A stretch of DNA of 64,000 bases from Vulcanimicrobiota bacterium (GCA_963695225.1 OY968762.1:1184001-1248000), one strand, 5' to 3'; counted from the stretch's first letter, positions 9,837 to 19,877 are shown. The notes: generated by a model from the sequence alone, not told the origin. A program made the numbers and translations.

Positions 9837-10706
9837 ATGTCCGCACGTCTCCTCGACGGCCGCGCGCTCGCGTCAGAGTTGCGCGCCGAGCTCCTGCGCC
9901 GAAGCGCCGCTCTCTCCGCCCGCGGGGTTGCGCCGCGCCTCGTCGTCGCCATGGTCGGCGCGGACGAATCCAGCGTCGCATACGTCCGCAACATGGAGAA
10001 GCTCGGCGAAAAGATCGGGATCGCTGTGGCCGTCGATCTGCTGGACCCGCGGACTTCGATCGCGGCGCTGCGCGAACGCCTCGAGGGGTACGGTCGCGAC
10101 CGTACGCTCCACGGCGCGATCCTACAGCAACCGCTCCCCAAGCATCTCCCGATCCGCGAGATTTGCGACGCGATGCCGCCCGAGAAGGACGTGGACGGCG
10201 CGCATCCGTTCAATCAAGGAAGGCTCGCCTTCAGTACCGGCGCAACCTTCGTGCCGGCGACGCCGGCCGCGGTGATGCTGTTGCTCCAACGCAGCGAGAA
10301 GTGGCCGCTGCGCGGGCGCGAAGTCACCGTGATCGGGCGCTCGAACGTGGTCGGGCTCCCGGTGAGCCTCTTGATCATGGCGCAAGACGCGACCGTCACC
10401 GTCGCTCACCAAGAAACGCTCGACCTGCGCGCCCACGTGCGCAACGCGGAGATCCTCGTCGTCGCCGCGGGCGCGCCCGGGCTCGTGACGGGCGAGATGC
10501 TGCGGCCGGGCGCGACCGTCATCGACGTCGGCACGACGGTCGTCGGCGGCAAGCTGCTCGGCGACGTCGATTTTGCGAGCGCTCTCGAGGTCGCCGGCGA
10601 ATTGACGCCGGTCCCCGGCGGGGTCGGCCCCGTGACGAACATCGCGTTGATGCAGAACGTCATCCACGCGGCCGAGAGGCTCAGCGGAGCGTCTCGTCCG
10701 ATTTAG
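9837..10706 (+). CDS. folD: 5,10-methylenetetrahydrofolate dehydrogenase/cyclohydrolase family
   Basis: LLDGRALA, QQPLP, KDVDG, GRSNVVG, TPVPGGVGP. Confidence 0.93.
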   Translation: MSARLLDGRALASELRAELLRRSAALSARGVAPRLVVAMVGADESSVAYVRNMEKLGEKIGIAVAVDLLDPRTSIAALRERLEGYGRDRTLHGAILQQPLPKHLPIREICDAMPPEKDVDGAHPFNQGRLAFSTGATFVPATPAAVMLLLQRSEKWPLRGREVTVIGRSNVVGLPVSLLIMAQDATVTVAHQETLDLRAHVRNAEILVVAAGAPGLVTGEMLRPGATVIDVGTTVVGGKLLGDVDFASALEVAGELTPVPGGVGPVTNIALMQNVIHAAERLSGASRPI

Positions 10707-11425
10707 TTCAAGCTGAAGTGTTTGCCGAAGAAGCGCTCCTGATCGGCGCGGAACGTCCCGCCCGGCGCATCCGCCCGTTCGACGACGGGCTCCGCGCGTT
10801 TGCGCTCGAGCAGCGAGCGCAACTGCGGTAACAGGCGCCGCAAGAACTCGAGCTCGGCATGAAGGCGCTCTCGCGTGTCGGATAGCGCGAGCAAGCGCTG
10901 CTTCATCGAGTCCGCGACTTGCAACGCGTCGCCGACGAGGTACGACGTGACGACCGGATCGTCGGGTAGCTCGATATCGGCTTGGATGCCCGAGAACTCG
11001 ACGAGCAGCCGCAGATACTCGCGAAAGACGTCACGGATCTCGTCGACCAGCTCGCCGAGGGTTGCGGGGGACGCCGCGCCTTCTTCATCGAGATACGTCA
11101 CGGCGGCGAGCAAGTACGGCTCCCGCAGGACGACGCGATCGATGCGAAACCGCCGCCGCCCGACCGTGCTGATGTAGTAACGTCCTTGTTCGAGCGGCGT
11201 CACGTCTGCAATCTCCGCCGTCGTTCCGATCTCGTGCGGGTTCGCGCTCGGATCGCCGGCTTCGTCGCCGTCGCGAAGCAGGACGACTCCGAACGGCTCG
11301 CCGCCTTCGAGGCATTCGGAGATCATCTGCTTGTAGCGCGGCTCGAACACGTGCAGGTTCAAGTTCGCGCCCGGAAAGAGCACGGTGTTGAGCGGGAATA
11401 TCCGCAGGCGGTTTTCGACGGGCAT
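10703..11425 (-). CDS. Lon protease N-terminal substrate-binding domain protein
   Basis: FPLNTVLFPG, LHVFEPRY, GRRRFRI. Confidence 0.9.
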   Translation of the reverse strand: MPVENRLRIFPLNTVLFPGANLNLHVFEPRYKQMISECLEGGEPFGVVLLRDGDEAGDPSANPHEIGTTAEIADVTPLEQGRYYISTVGRRRFRIDRVVLREPYLLAAVTYLDEEGAASPATLGELVDEIRDVFREYLRLLVEFSGIQADIELPDDPVVTSYLVGDALQVADSMKQRLLALSDTRERLHAELEFLRRLLPQLRSLLERKRAEPVVERADAPGGTFRADQERFFGKHFSLN

Positions 11426-11435
11426 GCGCTACGGG

Positions 11436-12059
11436 CTACGTCGCCGGATTCGGAGTCACGAGACGCGATTCGCACTTCGCCCAATCGATGTTCGCGAAGA
11501 ACGCCTCGATGTATTTTGGCCGTTCGGCGGGCTTGTAATCGAGCAGGAACGCATGCTCCCATACATCCATGACGAGGATCGGTTTGAAGCCGGCCGGATT
11601 GCCGTCTTCGTGCAGCGTCACCCAATGATTGGAGATGCGGCCGTTCGTCGGATCCTGGAAGGCGATCGCCCAGCCGACCCCGCGCATCGCGCCGACCGAG
11701 GTGAAGTCTTTCTTCCACGTCGCGTAGTCGCCGAAGCTGGCGGCGAGGGCCTCCTGGAGCGGCCCGGAACGCAGCTCGCCGCCCGGCGAGCTCGTCAGAT
11801 TGTCGAAGTAGTACTCGTGCAGGCGCATCCCGTTGTATTCGAAACCGAGCCGGCGCGAGAGCTCGGCAAAATGCGGGTTCGCGCCGCCGGCCGTCCCGGC
11901 GGTGAGGATCTCGGAGATCTGCTCGTTCAGGAGGTTCGTGTTTTTCACGTACCCCTCGTACAAGCCGAAATGGACCGCGAGCGTCTGATCGGAGATACCT
12001 TGGAGCCCCGCAAGACTCCACTTTTTCGCGGCGTACGCTGCTTGCGTCAAGGTTGCCAT
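11436..12059 (-). CDS. Fe/Mn superoxide dismutase (ChrC-like subgroup)
   Basis: Ligands HFGLY, LHEYYF, DVWEHAF; RBS GGAGG. Confidence 0.92.
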   Translation of the reverse strand: MATLTQAAYAAKKWSLAGLQGISDQTLAVHFGLYEGYVKNTNLLNEQISEILTAGTAGGANPHFAELSRRLGFEYNGMRLHEYYFDNLTSSPGGELRSGPLQEALAASFGDYATWKKDFTSVGAMRGVGWAIAFQDPTNGRISNHWVTLHEDGNPAGFKPILVMDVWEHAFLLDYKPAERPKYIEAFFANIDWAKCESRLVTPNPAT

Positions 12060-12175
12060 GAGTCGAAGACCTCCCGGAAACGTTGGAAACGAGTGAGACG
12101 GACATTCGACGACGGCCGGGGCGTCCTTGTCGTCCTCGCAGGTCCCGGCAGCCGATACTTCACAACATTCCATTC

Positions 12176-12802
12176 GTGAGCGACAAAGACTACCTGGCGC
12201 GGCTCCACCGCGACCCTTCACCGCTCTTGCTCGAACTCGAACAGCTGGGGGCGCGCGAGCGCGTCCCGATCGTCGCCCGCGAGACGGGGCGGCTGCTCTC
12301 GACGCTCGTCCACGCGATGCAGGCGAACCGCGTCCTCGAGATCGGGACGGCCTACGGCTACTCGACGCTCTGGATGGCGCTGGCCTTGCCGCCGGCAGGC
12401 CGAATCTGGACGATCGATCCCGATCACGCACGGACGGCGGTCGCGCATCAATTCCTGGCGCGCTCCGGCAAGGCGGGCTCGGTCGACATCATCAACCAGC
12501 CGGCGCTCGACATCTTGCCGACGTTTCCGCAGCGCAATCTCGACATCGTGTTCATCGACGCGTTAAAGACGGAGTACGAAGCGTATCTCGAGCGTTGCGT
12601 CCCGCTGCTCAAGCTCTCGGGGCTCGTCCTCGTCGACAACCTGCTGTGGGACGGCCTCTCGGCGGCCGCTCCGGCGCAGCGCGATTCGCCGGAGACGCTC
12701 GCGATCCGGTCGTTCAACCGGGCCTTCTTGCGGCACCCGCAGCTCGACGCCACGATCGTCGACATCGGCGACGGCGTAGGGATCGGCGCGCGCATCGCGT
12801 GA
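12176..12802 (+). CDS. O-methyltransferase (YrrM/CCoAOMT-like)
   Basis: LEIGTAYGYS, FIDALK, VDNLLW. Confidence 0.9.
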   Translation: MSDKDYLARLHRDPSPLLLELEQLGARERVPIVARETGRLLSTLVHAMQANRVLEIGTAYGYSTLWMALALPPAGRIWTIDPDHARTAVAHQFLARSGKAGSVDIINQPALDILPTFPQRNLDIVFIDALKTEYEAYLERCVPLLKLSGLVLVDNLLWDGLSAAAPAQRDSPETLAIRSFNRAFLRHPQLDATIVDIGDGVGIGARIA

Positions 12803-13272
12803 GCGAGCTGCGCGCCGTCATGCGCCGCTTTCCGACCGGCGTGACCGTCGTGACGACGGTCCTCGACGGCCGGCCGAAAGGCTTCACGGCCACGGCGTTC
12901 GCGAGCGTTTCGCTCGAGCCGCCCATGGTGTTGATCTGCGTGAACCGCAACGCGCGGACGCACCCGATGATCTCGCAGGCGGGCATCTTCTGCGTCAACC
13001 TGCTCCCCGTGGAGCGCCGAGACCTCGCCGAGCTCTTCGCGCAGCATCGCGAATTCGATCCGTTCGCCGAGGTACTGTACGAACGCGCCGCTACCGGCGC
13101 CCCCGTCATCGCGGGGGCACTCGGCTACGTCGATTGCACCGTCGCCGAGGAGTATAGCGCCGGGACGCACACGGTATTCATCGGCTCCGTCGCCGCCTGC
13201 AGTGCGAGCGAAGGCGTCCCGCTCGGCTATCTCAACGGCGCCTACCGCGATTTCGGGTTCCACGTTCCCTAG
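12799..13272 (+). CDS. Flavin reductase family protein
   Basis: FPTGVTVVT, SVSLEPP, GTHTVFIG; GTGA overlap. Confidence 0.92.
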   Translation: MSELRAVMRRFPTGVTVVTTVLDGRPKGFTATAFASVSLEPPMVLICVNRNARTHPMISQAGIFCVNLLPVERRDLAELFAQHREFDPFAEVLYERAATGAPVIAGALGYVDCTVAEEYSAGTHTVFIGSVAACSASEGVPLGYLNGAYRDFGFHVP

Positions 13273-13312
13273 GCGGAGGAGGAACCCGGCCCGCCGCACC
13301 AAGGGAGGTTTC

Positions 13313-13993
13313 ATGAACACCCCGCAGGCCCCGGGCGGCGACCCGATCGTCGTCGAGCACTTCCCGGTCGGCGACCTCGCCTGCAACTGCACGATCGTCG
13401 CGGATCGCGCTACGGGCGAAGCGATCGTCGTCGACGGCGGCGACGACGTCGACGAGATCGCCGGGCGGCTCGACCGGCTCGGCGTGCGCGCGACGTACTT
13501 GCTCCACACGCACGCGCACTTCGATCACATCGGCGCCCTCGGCGAGCTGCGCGACCGCACCGGCGGCCGCGGGCTGCTCCACCCGGCGGATCTCCCGCTG
13601 TACGCGACGCTCTCCGCCCAAGCGCGTTTCTTCGGCCTCCCCGCGCCGCGGGTCGTGCGCATCGACGGCGACCTCGCCGAAGGCGACCGCATCGCGGCCG
13701 GCGGCGCCGTCCTCGAAGTCCTGCATACGCCGGGGCACACGCCGGGGAGCGTATCGTTCGCGCTGCACGCGGAGCACCACACGCGTTTGCTGAGCGGCGA
13801 CACGCTGTTCCGCGGCGGCGTGGGGCGCTGGGACGTCGGCGGGACCTCGCTCGAAGACATCGTCGCCTCGATCCGCTCCAAACTGTTCGCGTTCGCCGAC
13901 GCGACGCTCGTGATCCCCGGACACGGTCCGGCCACGACGATCGGCCTCGAGCGCGCGACAAACCCATTCCTGGTCGACCCGTCGCACGCATAG
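13313..13993 (+). CDS. MBL-fold metallo-hydrolase (glyoxalase II/YcbL-like)
   Basis: HTHAHFDH, TPGHTPGS, SGDTLF, PGHG; RBS GGGAGG. Confidence 0.92.
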   Translation: MNTPQAPGGDPIVVEHFPVGDLACNCTIVADRATGEAIVVDGGDDVDEIAGRLDRLGVRATYLLHTHAHFDHIGALGELRDRTGGRGLLHPADLPLYATLSAQARFFGLPAPRVVRIDGDLAEGDRIAAGGAVLEVLHTPGHTPGSVSFALHAEHHTRLLSGDTLFRGGVGRWDVGGTSLEDIVASIRSKLFAFADATLVIPGHGPATTIGLERATNPFLVDPSHA

Positions 13994-14637
13994 GATCGGG
14001 GCGGAGCGCCGGACGGCGTTTCGACGCCTCGCTCGGCGTCGCGACGGAAGCGCTGCTCTTCCTCGGCGAACTCGACCCGGAAGCGATTGGGCCGAACCTC
14101 GAATACGCGACGCACTACGAGCCGACGCCGCCCGCCGACGCGGAACGGCTGCTCGACGCGCTCCCGCTCGCACCCGAACGGGCGGTCTTCGTCGACGTCG
14201 GCTCGGGGCTCGGGCGCGTCGTCCTGCTCGCGGCGCGCCGCCCTTTCCGGCAGGTCATTGGGCTCGAAATCTCACCGGCGCTGCACGAGACCGCTCGCGA
14301 GAACCTCGCGCGCGCGGAAGATCCGCTACGCCGCTGCCGCGACGTGCGGCTGGTCCGGGGCGACGCGGCGCGCTATCGCTGGCCGCGGGGCGACCTCGCG
14401 CTCTATCTCTACAACCCGTTCCGCGCCGAGGTTCTCGAGGCCGTCCTCGCGGACGTCCTCGCCGAACGCGCGCGCGACGTCGCGCTGCTCTACCACACCC
14501 CGCTCGAAGCCTCGACGATCGAGGCAACGGGCCGCTTCCAGCTCGTCGAGGACTTCGGAATGGCCCGCATCTATCTCGCCCGCGGCACCGGCAGCACATC
14601 GTCGACGCCATGTCACGCCGAGGTCGCCGAGCAGTGA
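13990..14637 (+). CDS. Class I SAM-dependent methyltransferase; start codon apparently non-canonical (ATA)
   Basis: Frame reads RRFDASLGV...HYEPTP...FVDVGSGLGR...GLEIS...GDA...LYNPF; no ATG/GTG/TTG upstream of the SAM motif. Confidence 0.8.
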   Translation: MGSGRSAGRRFDASLGVATEALLFLGELDPEAIGPNLEYATHYEPTPPADAERLLDALPLAPERAVFVDVGSGLGRVVLLAARRPFRQVIGLEISPALHETARENLARAEDPLRRCRDVRLVRGDAARYRWPRGDLALYLYNPFRAEVLEAVLADVLAERARDVALLYHTPLEASTIEATGRFQLVEDFGMARIYLARGTGSTSSTPCHAEVAEQ

Positions 14638-14653
14638 GTTCGAGGTCCTTCGC

Positions 14654-16402
14654 CTAGAGCGGACGGCCGTCGTCGGAAGGGCCGAGCAGGAAGGGGCGGA
14701 GGAGCGGGATCGGCGGGGTACCGTGCGCGAGGAGCGCGTCGTGAAACTGCTGCAACGTGAACTGCGCGCCGAGCTTCTTGCGATAATCCTCGCGCAGTTT
14801 GAGAATCTCGAGTCTTCCCAACGTGTAGTATCCGTACGTCGGGTCCTGCGTCCCGCGCAGCGCTTCCAGGCGGGCGGTCGCCGCGGGCTGGAACGCGTTG
14901 CTGATGAAAAAACGCTCGGCTTGCGCGAGCGTCATCTTCCCCGTGTGGAGCTTGACGCCGACGACGAAGCGGGCCTCGCGCAGCAACGCGTCCTGCAACT
15001 GCGCGAGGCGCACGCGCGGATCTCCGTTCCCCCAGCCCTCGTCGACGATCATCTGCTCGTCGTAGTGCGCCCATCCCTCGATGAAGGACGAGCTGCCGAG
15101 AAGCTTGCGCGTCAAGCTGAGCGGCAGGTGCTTGTCGATCGCGAAGTTCGTGTAGTGTCCCGGGTAAACTTCGTGCGCCGACGTGAGCGGCCGCTCGAAA
15201 TCGTTGAAGTTCCCGCCGAGGAACGCTTCGCGCTCGGCCGCGGACCAGCTCGCGTTCGCCGGCGTCACGTAGTAATAGGCGCGCGTCGCGTGCGTCTCGA
15301 GCGGGCCCGGGGCGTCCATGCTCGCGACCTCGGTCTCGCGCAGGAACGGCGGCGTCAGCGTGACCTTGATGTCCGCGTCGTCCGGCAACGTGATCAAGTG
15401 CCGCTGCACGACGAACGCGCGGAGCCGCCGCAGATCCTCCTCGACGGCGGGGATCACCCCGGCGGCGGAGGGATGCTTGCGCCAAAGCTCCGCAAAGACG
15501 GCCTCCGGCGTCGCGTGGGGGTCGATCTCGTGCGCGAGCATGAGGACCTGGGAGCGCGTCTCGGCGAGCGCTCTCTCGCCGATCGCCAGGTAGTCGTCGA
15601 GCGGCATGTCGACGTGCTCTTCGTAACGCAGCATCGCACGATAGTTCTCCGCGCCGATCGCATACGTGCCGCGCGGATGCCGGACGAAGCCGTTCTCGAG
15701 CCAGCTCGCGTAGGCGCGCAACGCCTGCGCGGCGCGTGCGGTCGAGCGGGCCAATTCGGAGCGCAGCGCCGGATCGCGAACGTGCGGGAACGCAGCGGGG
15801 ACGGTCTGCGTGACGTACGCGATCGAACCCTCGGCATCGCGCGCCGCGAGCCCAGCCGTCGTGCCGTCGACGGAGGTCAGGTTATCCCGCGCTTGCGCGA
15901 AGAGCCGCGGGAACGCATGCTCGCGCGCGATCGCGCTCCGCATTCGCTCGGCCTCGGGGGCGAAATCGCGATCGATCAAGTCGGCGACCGAGCCTAACGC
16001 GATCTGCACGTAGTCGTCGGCGTGGCTGCGCCACACGAGCATGGTCTCGTCGGCGAGGAGCTTGTCGCGGATGTCGTCGTCGAGCAGCGCCGCGTCCAGC
16101 GCGCTCTCCGGAGGGAGGATCGTCTTGTCGATATCGCCGAGGCGATTCAGAAAGCCGTGCAGGTTCCCCACGTGCGCGGAGATCGCGGGCTCGGACCGGT
16201 CGTCGAGCAACGCGTCGTAGCGATGGTCGCCCCAACTCGTCGCCAAGCTCGGGCTGTACCGCAACTCGCCGGCGAAGTACTCGTCCGCGAGCGCTTCGAG
16301 CGCAACGACGCCGCTCTCGTGCGATTGTGCGAACGCACCGCTCGCAAACGACGTCAGGAGCGCGCACGACAACGCCGCCGCGCAAATCACACGCTGCATC
16401 AC
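14654..16402 (-). CDS. DUF885 family secreted protein (putative zinc metallopeptidase)
   Basis: Signal peptide; HEVYPGH, FIEGWAHY, YTLG, FHDALL. Confidence 0.88.
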   Translation of the reverse strand: MMQRVICAAALSCALLTSFASGAFAQSHESGVVALEALADEYFAGELRYSPSLATSWGDHRYDALLDDRSEPAISAHVGNLHGFLNRLGDIDKTILPPESALDAALLDDDIRDKLLADETMLVWRSHADDYVQIALGSVADLIDRDFAPEAERMRSAIAREHAFPRLFAQARDNLTSVDGTTAGLAARDAEGSIAYVTQTVPAAFPHVRDPALRSELARSTARAAQALRAYASWLENGFVRHPRGTYAIGAENYRAMLRYEEHVDMPLDDYLAIGERALAETRSQVLMLAHEIDPHATPEAVFAELWRKHPSAAGVIPAVEEDLRRLRAFVVQRHLITLPDDADIKVTLTPPFLRETEVASMDAPGPLETHATRAYYYVTPANASWSAAEREAFLGGNFNDFERPLTSAHEVYPGHYTNFAIDKHLPLSLTRKLLGSSSFIEGWAHYDEQMIVDEGWGNGDPRVRLAQLQDALLREARFVVGVKLHTGKMTLAQAERFFISNAFQPAATARLEALRGTQDPTYGYYTLGRLEILKLREDYRKKLGAQFTLQQFHDALLAHGTPPIPLLRPFLLGPSDDGRPL

Positions 16403-16466
16403 GCTCCGAGCCGTTCGGGCTCGGCCGCGCCGGTCCTCGACGCCTGCGCCGCGCTGCGGCGGGCGC

Positions 16467-16982
16467 TCAGTGCAGCTTGATCGTCACCGGGCCGCCCGCG
16501 GCGGCAGCGCTCGGCACGACCGCGACGCCCGCCGAATCCCGTTCGCTTCGCGCAGCCGTTGCGGCGGCGCGGGCGCGCGCCTGTTCCAGGCTCGCGTCGG
16601 AGATCGTTCCCGCGGCGCGTTTGGCGCGGTAGTCGTCAATCGCCGCGCGCAAGGCGGAGAGCGAACGCTGCGGATAGTCCTTCTTCTTCTCGGGGTAGCC
16701 GTCGAGCGCGGCTTCGATGTCCGCTTCGGAGATCGCGTACGCGGCATCGACCGTCTTTCCGCGCGCGAGGTCGACGAGCAGCGAACACGTCGCCGTTCCG
16801 AAGCCGCATCCCGTCGTGAAATAAGAAACGTCCTCGATCACGTCGCCCGGGCCGACCATGAGGAAATACGTGTAGAGGTCGCCGCACGAATCGCTGAAGT
16901 ACTCGCCCGTCGCCATCGGCGCTTCCATCGTTCGAAAGCCGGTCCGCTTCTCGACGAGCTCTTGGAATTTCGCGAAATTCAC
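16467..16982 (-). CDS. Atypical NifU-N/IscU-like Fe-S scaffold protein
   Basis: SCGD and TGCGFGTATC, GKTVDAA; GTGA overlap with the upstream regulator. Confidence 0.8.
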   Translation of the reverse strand: MNFAKFQELVEKRTGFRTMEAPMATGEYFSDSCGDLYTYFLMVGPGDVIEDVSYFTTGCGFGTATCSLLVDLARGKTVDAAYAISEADIEAALDGYPEKKKDYPQRSLSALRAAIDDYRAKRAAGTISDASLEQARARAAATAARSERDSAGVAVVPSAAAAGGPVTIKLH

Positions 16983-17650
16983 GGCGCCATCACCTCTTCC
17001 GGCACGGCCGCTCCAAGCGGAGCGTCCTCGCGAATCTCGAACCGGCAGGCTGAACCTCCGGTTGCAAGCGATTCGATCTGGAACGGCTTGTGCGGCATCG
17101 TCGAATCCATCGCCGCGTGGATCACGCCGCAAATCTCCGGATGTTCCGAGACCGTCTTGGCGTAGGGGCAGTTGTGCTCGCGCAACTCGAACCCGCCCGC
17201 GATGTCGATCACGTCGGCCTCGACGCCTTGTTCGCGCAGGATCGAAGCCAGCGCCTCGACCTTCGCACGTGAGCCCTTCCCGGCGGTGCGACGCTCGATG
17301 TTCACGGCCGAACGCTCGCCCAGGCGCGTGAAGATCGCCTCGACCGCTTCGGCGCCGTAGCTCTCGCGGATTTCGCGCAGCACCGCGTTCAGGATCCGAT
17401 CGTACTGCTGCGGGAAGATCTCTTCGCCCTCGGCCGTCAACGAATACTCGAACGTGGGCTTCGTCGGGCCGCGCTTGACCGCACGCTCGACGACATAGCC
17501 GTCGCGTTCGAGGAAGAGAAGCTGCTGGCGGACGGCGTTCGCGGAGAGGCCGAATTCCTCTGCGAGCTCGATCGCAGACGCACTACGCCGTCGCCGCAGC
17601 GCGGCTACGATCCGGCCGCGGGTCGTCTGAAAGAAGCGAGCGTCGTGCAT
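16979..17650 (-). CDS. SufR-like HTH transcriptional regulator
   Basis: N-terminal wHTH (LAEEFGLSANAVRQQL); C-terminal EHNCPY, PEIC, ACRF; divergent from suf operon. Confidence 0.85.
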   Translation of the reverse strand: MHDARFFQTTRGRIVAALRRRRSASAIELAEEFGLSANAVRQQLLFLERDGYVVERAVKRGPTKPTFEYSLTAEGEEIFPQQYDRILNAVLREIRESYGAEAVEAIFTRLGERSAVNIERRTAGKGSRAKVEALASILREQGVEADVIDIAGGFELREHNCPYAKTVSEHPEICGVIHAAMDSTMPHKPFQIESLATGGSACRFEIREDAPLGAAVPEEVMAP

Positions 17651-17713
17651 CAGGCGGGTCCGAGCATCCTGCCGAAAAGATAGCATGGATAGCGAAGATA
17701 GTCCAGCATTTCC

Positions 17714-17742
17714 TTGACTTTCCCGGACCCGCACTTTACGAT
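17714..17742 (+). promoter_or_regulatory. Sigma70-type promoter of the suf operon
   Basis: TTGACT-17 nt-TACGAT about 60 nt upstream of sufC. Confidence 0.65.
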
Positions 17743-17803
17743 ACCTGGTAAAGAAGCGCGCCGGACGGGCGCGCTCGTGTTGATTGAGAGCGAGCAGGAC
17801 ACG

Positions 17804-18574
17804 ATGCAGTTGGGTTTGCGGATCTCCGGCCTGAGGGCGAGCGTCGAGGGCAAGGAAATCCTCAAAGGGATCGACTTAGAGGTCGAACCCGGCACCGTGC
17901 ACGCGCTGATGGGCCCGAACGGAAGCGGGAAGTCGACGCTCGCGTTCGCCGCGACCGGGCACCCTAACTACGCCGTGACCGCAGGCTCCGTCACGCTCGA
18001 CGGTGAGGAGCTGATCGGGCTCGCGCCGGACAAGCGCGCGAAGGCGGGCCTGTTCCTCTCATTTCAATACCCGGCCGCGATTCCGGGCGTCAGCGTCGCG
18101 AACTTTCTGCGCGCGGCGAGCCAGGCGATCCGCCCCGGCGATCTGCCGCCCGCGACGTTCCGCAAGCTCGTCTTCGAGAAGATCGACATCCTGGGCATGG
18201 ACCCGTCGTTCCTGAGCCGCTACGTCAACGACGGCTTCTCCGGCGGCGAGAAGAAGCGCCTGGAGATGCTCCAGATGGCGATCATCCGGCCGAAATACGC
18301 GATCCTCGACGAGACCGATTCGGGCCTCGACGTCGATGCGCTCCGAGCGGTCGGCGATTCCGTGAAGTCGCTGCGCGAGAGCGAGGCCGGCAAAGACACG
18401 GGCTTCCTGATCATCACGCACTATCCGCGCATCCTCAAGCACGTCGCGGCGGACCGCGTCCACGTGATGATGGACGGCCGGATCGTCCTCTCCGGCGGCC
18501 CCGAACTCGCCGACCGCATCGAACGCGAAGGCTACGAGGCGATCCGCGAGGAGGTCGCGAGCGGTGCAGCTTAG
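17804..18574 (+). CDS. sufC: Fe-S cluster assembly ATPase SufC
   Basis: GPNGSGKST, FQYP, GFSGGEKKR, LDETDSGLD, ITHY. Confidence 0.96.
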   Translation: MQLGLRISGLRASVEGKEILKGIDLEVEPGTVHALMGPNGSGKSTLAFAATGHPNYAVTAGSVTLDGEELIGLAPDKRAKAGLFLSFQYPAAIPGVSVANFLRAASQAIRPGDLPPATFRKLVFEKIDILGMDPSFLSRYVNDGFSGGEKKRLEMLQMAIIRPKYAILDETDSGLDVDALRAVGDSVKSLRESEAGKDTGFLIITHYPRILKHVAADRVHVMMDGRIVLSGGPELADRIEREGYEAIREEVASGAA

Positions 18575-19877
18575 CGCTACCCTCCCGCCGGGCGTCTCGG
18601 CCGAGAACGTCGCGCGGGCGCTCGACGCGTTAGTCGCCGCGGGCGAGATCGACGCCGGCGAAGCCGGGGTCCGCCGCGAAGCGTATGCGCGCTCCGAAGC
18701 GATGCCCTTCCCGGCGCCGCCTTCCGCGCGCTATTGGAAGCACGATCCGAGCACGTACGATTGGCCGGCGGTCGAGATCTGCCGAGCCGCCCCGGCGCTC
18801 GGCGAGATCGCCTTCCCCGAGGGCGCTCCGCTCGTCGCAGACGCAGCCGCCCACGGGCGCAGCCGGGGGAATCTCGTGACCGCCGCCGTCGAGCCGCGGG
18901 CTCGCGAGCGCGGCGTCGTCGTCACGGACATGCGCACGGCGCGGGCCCGGCACGCCGGCCTGTTCGCCGCCGCCGGGCGGGCGCTCGAAAGCGCCCCTTC
19001 GAAGAGCGGGCTCTTGGCGCGCGCGCTCGCCCGCAACGGCGCATTCGTCTTCGTGCCGTCAGGGGTCGTGCTCGACGCGCCGATCCTTCTCGAGCACCAG
19101 ACCGACGGCGGAGATGAGTTCTCGCACTCCCTCATCCTGGCCGGGGCCGGCGCGCAGTTCACCGCGATCGAGCGGTTCTTCGGCGAAACGGACCGATTGG
19201 TATGCGCCTTGACGGAGATCGTCGCGGCGGACGGCGCGCAGGTCGGGTATGCGGCCGTCGCCGAGCACGGTGCCGCCGCGACGACGCTGTTCACGCGGCG
19301 CGCACTCTGCGGAGCCGGAGCCTCCGTCGAACTCTCCGTCGCCGATCTCGGGGACGCGTACGTTGCCGATTCGATCGTCTCGACGAATGGAGCCCCGGGC
19401 GGCCGCACCTCGCTCGCGGCGCTCTTCTTCACCTCCGGGGAACAGCACGTCGACCTGGCGAGCGAAGTCCGGCACCTCGTCGGAAACACGACCTCCGAGA
19501 CGGTCGTCAAGAGCGCGGGGATCGGCCGCGGGCAGGGCCGTTACGTCGGGAACATCGTGATCGCGGCGAATGCGCACGGCAGCGACGCCTCGTTGCGCGA
19601 CGACGTCCTGCTCCTTTCCAAGAACGCGCACGTCGATTCGATCCCGGCGCTCGAGATCGCGGCGAACGACGTGAAGGCGTTCCACGGCGCGACCGTCGGC
19701 TCGATCGACGCGGACGAGCTCTTCTATGCAGAGAGCCGGGGCCTCGCGCGCGACGAAGCGGAACGGATGATCGCGCTCGGCTTCTTCGAGCCTGCGATCG
19801 AGCGCTTCCCGACCGAGGCTTTGCGCGAGGCGATCCGCCGTTCGCTCGCAAGCAAGCTCGGCGGCGGGAAGTCTTGA
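18564..19877 (+). CDS. sufD: Fe-S cluster assembly protein SufD
   Basis: Beta-helix; IPALEIAANDVKAFHGATVG with the SufD His; SufB Cys motifs not seen. Confidence 0.85.
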   Translation: MQLSATLPPGVSAENVARALDALVAAGEIDAGEAGVRREAYARSEAMPFPAPPSARYWKHDPSTYDWPAVEICRAAPALGEIAFPEGAPLVADAAAHGRSRGNLVTAAVEPRARERGVVVTDMRTARARHAGLFAAAGRALESAPSKSGLLARALARNGAFVFVPSGVVLDAPILLEHQTDGGDEFSHSLILAGAGAQFTAIERFFGETDRLVCALTEIVAADGAQVGYAAVAEHGAAATTLFTRRALCGAGASVELSVADLGDAYVADSIVSTNGAPGGRTSLAALFFTSGEQHVDLASEVRHLVGNTTSETVVKSAGIGRGQGRYVGNIVIAANAHGSDASLRDDVLLLSKNAHVDSIPALEIAANDVKAFHGATVGSIDADELFYAESRGLARDEAERMIALGFFEPAIERFPTEALREAIRRSLASKLGGGKS

